Shown one piece after another: positions 59,904 to 64,000 of a DNA stretch of 64,000 nt. How positions within the stretch are numbered: the first letter of the stretch is position 1; the number at the start of each line of letters is the position of its first letter. Position numbers and translations under genes: made by a program. Source of the stretch: Phoronis australis. Lineage: Eukaryota > Animalia > Phoronida. The stretch lies in assembly GCA_002633005.1 (NCBI GenBank), contig NMRA01000459.1, positions 233,047 through 297,046 of the forward strand, written 5' to 3'. A model generated the notes under the pieces. The model was not told the origin of the DNA. It saw only the letters and a program-made list of their open reading frames with translations, and ran no database searches.

Positions 59904-61716
59904 GTAAGTCATGTAAAACTAGCTTTGTTGATGGAGCCTTGGAGGCGTGGTCTGGAGTTTCATTTTCACAACTTTGAAAGTTGGCGTTACCTCTCTTAAT
60001 GCTTCCCTTATGAATAAAGACGACCGAAACTGAACGCAGACCATTTTCCAATCACCGGCAAAATAATTCGTATTTTTAGAATGTTGCCATGCCAATTTGG
60101 CGTCTGTTATGGGGTGGGGGCGCAGTGTTTTATTATACATATTCCAAACCTGGAGCTCGCAATATAATTACTGCGGAAAATGGACAGAAATTTGTGATAC
60201 TTGCACCAGCGTTCGCTGGAGGCTACGTTTTAGCGTTGTTTGACTCAAGTATGAAGAGTAAAAGCTGAAACAGTCTCTCGTTAGGTGTCTGAATGCACCA
60301 CTTTGGAGGCTTAAGTTTTTGCCATAGGGCCTACCGAATTTCCATTTCTTGATTATCTTGTAATACTTTCCGTGGGAGCCACATAAGTTCTCACCATATT
60401 CTCCAATATACAGATTGTACATAGTTTTGTGTTCGCATTTACCACTAAGTCATCATTATTGCACTACGCTAACTGTGGTACCTCATGGAACAATTCCACA
60501 GTTCTGATTTCTGGACTGCTTGTCTCCTAAGAATTGGACCCAAATTTTTGGAAGCTGGGTCCACCGGATAACGCTGGAAGTAAAGGGCGCACAGTTTATG
60601 TAGATGACTTTGCCAGCTTGTTGTCAAGCATATTGCATGCATTTTGTGATGAATGCTAAATGCCGCAGTTTCGACACATTCACTTTATCATCATGACGCC
60701 ATTTAGTCGTTTGTCAATGAAGCCAACGTGATTTCTAAAACAAGGTTTTCTGATACACAAGTATAGCCCTCGTACAATGTAACTATGGAGTCAGTTTGGC
60801 GTTTGTCTCGAGGCGTAGCACACACATTGGAGGTCAAATATTTACCGCTGGTTTGATCGAGTAAAGCAAACACAGGCCCGTTTGCATCGAAACGAAAACA
60901 GCTGTGCGAAGAATGCGTTGAATGACTATTGTATAAATAATCTGAACTAGTGCAGTATTGACCATTTTGAATACATGGGAAACAAAAAACTAGTACTTGG
61001 TGAGAAATTGACCTGAAATCCAATCTCATAATTATTGTACGCCTGCTCTAGACTATCAATATACGGTTTCGTGAGCCGACTTAGTTCACCGATGTCCCAG
61101 TAATTTGGAAAACTACCGTAACGTTGCTAACTAAACCGGGAAACTGAGTGCACCAAACCAGTCTTGACTGATGAAACCATTTTCCAAAATTGTAATAGGC
61201 GTTCTAGACCGTGTTCAGTATCACTATTTTGCTTTTTTAACCATTGCGGTCATAAAAGTTATGCTTATCGCTTTCACTGTTTTCGTGTATCATTGGAATT
61301 GATTGACGTGCTAGGTTCTAACAGATCGTTTGAATTACTGCATGTATCTCAAAGCGGCCAATCATTTTGCTGTGCATTAAACTTCGACGAAACGTTCATT
61401 TCTTGATGTGGGAGCTACAGTGTACCACAAAACGTCGCCATGGAAGTGCGTGCGCGCTTCTGAGCACAGATGCATGGAAACGTGGACATGAAGCAACGAA
61501 GCGATACGTACACGTTGCTCATCACCTATGTCACTCTTTGTTTGGTTTTTATTTCCCACAAACTCTATGCCCGCTTGCTAGAGTTCACTCACCCGTAGCC
61601 CGACAATTAGTATTGCGCATGCTCACCATGTCTACAATGAATTGCAAATGAAACGGAATCAAGACTTACCACATGATTCAGTGCTGCTTTAATTCTTGGA
61701 AAAGGTGTGTCTGACG

Positions 61717-61842
61717 CATGGGCGGCGGGCTATAGCCCCCACTTTTTTCAGTGCTATGCTGCACATGGTCTATAGGCGGTGCACCACAGGGGGGTTAAAG
61801 GGGCTTTAGCCCCCACTTATTTTCAGTGCTGCGCTGCCCATG
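61717..61842. mobile_element. MITE, CATGGGC...GCCCATG termini, 5-bp TSD
   Basis: Flanks TGACG and TGATG (one CpG-type change); homologous to 35113-35233. Confidence 0.78.
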
Positions 61843-62559
61843 TGATGGCGCGGCTGTGGTAGATTTTTCTGTAGACGTAGAATACAGTCATGTATTTACA
61901 TATAGCCTGGTCCTATACTAACTGAGACTGGCCTAAGCGAATCCATTCTCACTTGCGATTCTTCGTGCAACATGAAACGGGAGCTGGCCCTCTTGAAAAA
62001 GAACCCGCAAGAGAAGACGAGGAGCGAAGTATGACCTAGAAATTTAATTAGATGCCGTTCGGTTACAGCAGAACCTCTAGGTCATACCCGCCGAGCAGTA
62101 GTGCGTAGCTAGCAAATACGCAGCACTGTCGCAACGGTTTTGACTTACTTATGGTTTATTCTGAAGAAGGTTAGGGCAGTTAAGCAGCTAGACTCCGGTC
62201 TATTGGCTACGTTCATAACTAATCAGCAAACTGTGTTATATGTCCCGTATGTATTTTTCAAGGACGCGAAAGTGCACTCTATAACTGGTTAAGCTATTCA
62301 GTAAGTTTACAAATTTAAAAAATCGATTTATTTCAATCCGAAAATAGGATAGTGCCTTATTCATAATGTCTATATGGGCTGTTAGCCGGCGACCCCAATC
62401 TTGATGGAAGTCGTAAACTGTAAAATAAATTCAAGACTTGCTGACAATTTCTGAACATGGCCGCTAAACGGTCACCTAGAACAGAAGGACACGGTTCCTC
62501 TTACACCAGTCATATATTGCTGACACTCGGCAGTGGCAGCGCCTATGCTCGCTGGAGTC

Positions 62560-62818
62560 CATGCGTGCACCTAGCTCGTAAAAATGAGGGGCTCGAATTT
62601 TTTAGAATGATTTTACTAAGATTCACAGGGTACGTTCAGAGCTATGAATTGTGCATTCGCCGAATTTTGGTAGTTCCTGTCTTTTTAGTGAACATTTGTC
62701 TCGTCTACATTTTTCCGAGTGTTTGTTCCTCTGATGCGGACTTTTTTGCCCACTTCACCAAATGTGGGGGGCTCCTCCCCCGAGCCCCCCCCCCACCCCG
62801 TGCATGGGTGCGCGCATG
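62560..62818. mobile_element. MITE, CATGCG...CGCATG termini, 5-bp TSD
   Basis: CATGCGTGCACC and GGTGCGCGCATG termini; GAGTC at 62555-62559 and 62819-62823. Confidence 0.8.
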
Positions 62819-64000
62819 GAGTCAGTTCAGCGCAGCACTGATAAAAATGTTTCTGCCCTAAATGAATATACATTTACTAACCAAACACGCGAGTGAATCA
62901 TGCACAATAATTATGTAACTCGAAGCATTTTTACGAATTGATCACCGTATTTTGAAGTATTCATCCTAGATGTTCTTTTCATTTTAACTTCACAAGAATT
63001 CGCAGTTCCAAACTAAAGAAACCTGTTCGCGTTGAAAAGAGCATTTCCCCAAAACGCCCCCCTTGTATGCTTTCCCTCCTGATCTCATTGACTGAACCGG
63101 AAGGCTATTCTCGTTTTCGTATATGGATAACATGCCTTTCGCACCGCCCTCGTGTTACCTGGTCGGCGCTGCAAACGCCAATAATTTCTGGTGTGTATGC
63201 AACCCTTGCTGAACAAATAAGTCTGCCGCTCCAAAATAAGGTAGAGTGGACAGCTTACATAGTGACATAAACCCTGTTCCGATTGGACTTCAACTGGTTC
63301 GCGGCATACTTTGGTATCGCTCTGTGGCGGCAAAGCACCGATCACTTCGCCATTTTTTCTCTATTTCGCTGGCGAAAAGACGGCGCTGTTGGGTTCGAGG
63401 TTCATTTCAGAATTTTCCCGGTTTCGTCGGTATTAACGAATAAAAATTTGCTTGGAGTGTGAAGTCGTAGTGTTTTTAATAGGCCTTTCAAAAGCGGCTG
63501 CGCTTTCCTACCATTACTAGTGCATTTGACTAGTGAACTAGTGTTATAAATAATACTAGTGAAAAATAGGCAAAAAAAGTGTGCTGAAAATGACTGCATT
63601 TAATTGGTTCAATTTTGACAATGTTTCTCAAATAGCGACATTTACGTTGCAGCGGATCAAGTTTGCTAGGGAGAGATTCATGAAAAGAATCCTACCTGGA
63701 CACCCTCACCGGTCGAGGTTGGGCAACTCGACCGCTTTTTGTACCCCAGAATCTGCCGGTTTGGACCAAAGACTCCATGCCGTTCTGTTTAATGAAGTCG
63801 CCTGAGACTGCTGATGTTATCGTTCTCTAGATAACGAGATTCGTCATAAAAACTTTGGGGGCGGCAATAATATTTTAAATTTTCGTTTTGAAACTAAATG
63901 TAAATAGCATGTTTGAATAGTTCGTGAAAAGCACACGTGATAATGTTTTTTTGAAAATTGGAACAGAAAACTGACTTCTACAACAAAAAACGTTTGTTTA

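Overview
Intron-rich, AT-rich animal (invertebrate) genomic DNA; the repeat types suggest a lophotrochozoan, but the species cannot be determined from the sequence. Hand-spliced gene models in order: last coding exon of SMUG1 (+); a 378-aa standalone SRA/YDG-domain gene (-) that is not UHRF1; GATAD1 (+), head-to-head with the SRA gene; SLC25A39/40 (-); a TSPAN13/31 tetraspanin (+), head-to-head with the carrier; and the first exon of a PLAC8/cornifelin-family gene (+). The strongest candidate for a new system is the SRA gene. Its N-terminal helix resembles the CDCA7/WDR76 HELLS-binding type, and the exon for its 5mC pocket and thumb loop exists as two 151-nt copies 55 nt apart. The copies differ by 26 synonymous but only 4 replacement codons and can only be used one at a time. 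The tetraspanin has a U12-type intron with a triplicated branch site and two homologous alternative last exons. Introns and intergenic DNA hold Helentron-associated (HINE/DINE-1-like) elements, an Academ relic, several MITEs with visible target-site duplications (TSDs), LINE fragments and minisatellites. There is a 451-N gap and a probable two-haplotype assembly duplication. Family assignments rest on recalled reference motifs, not database searches.
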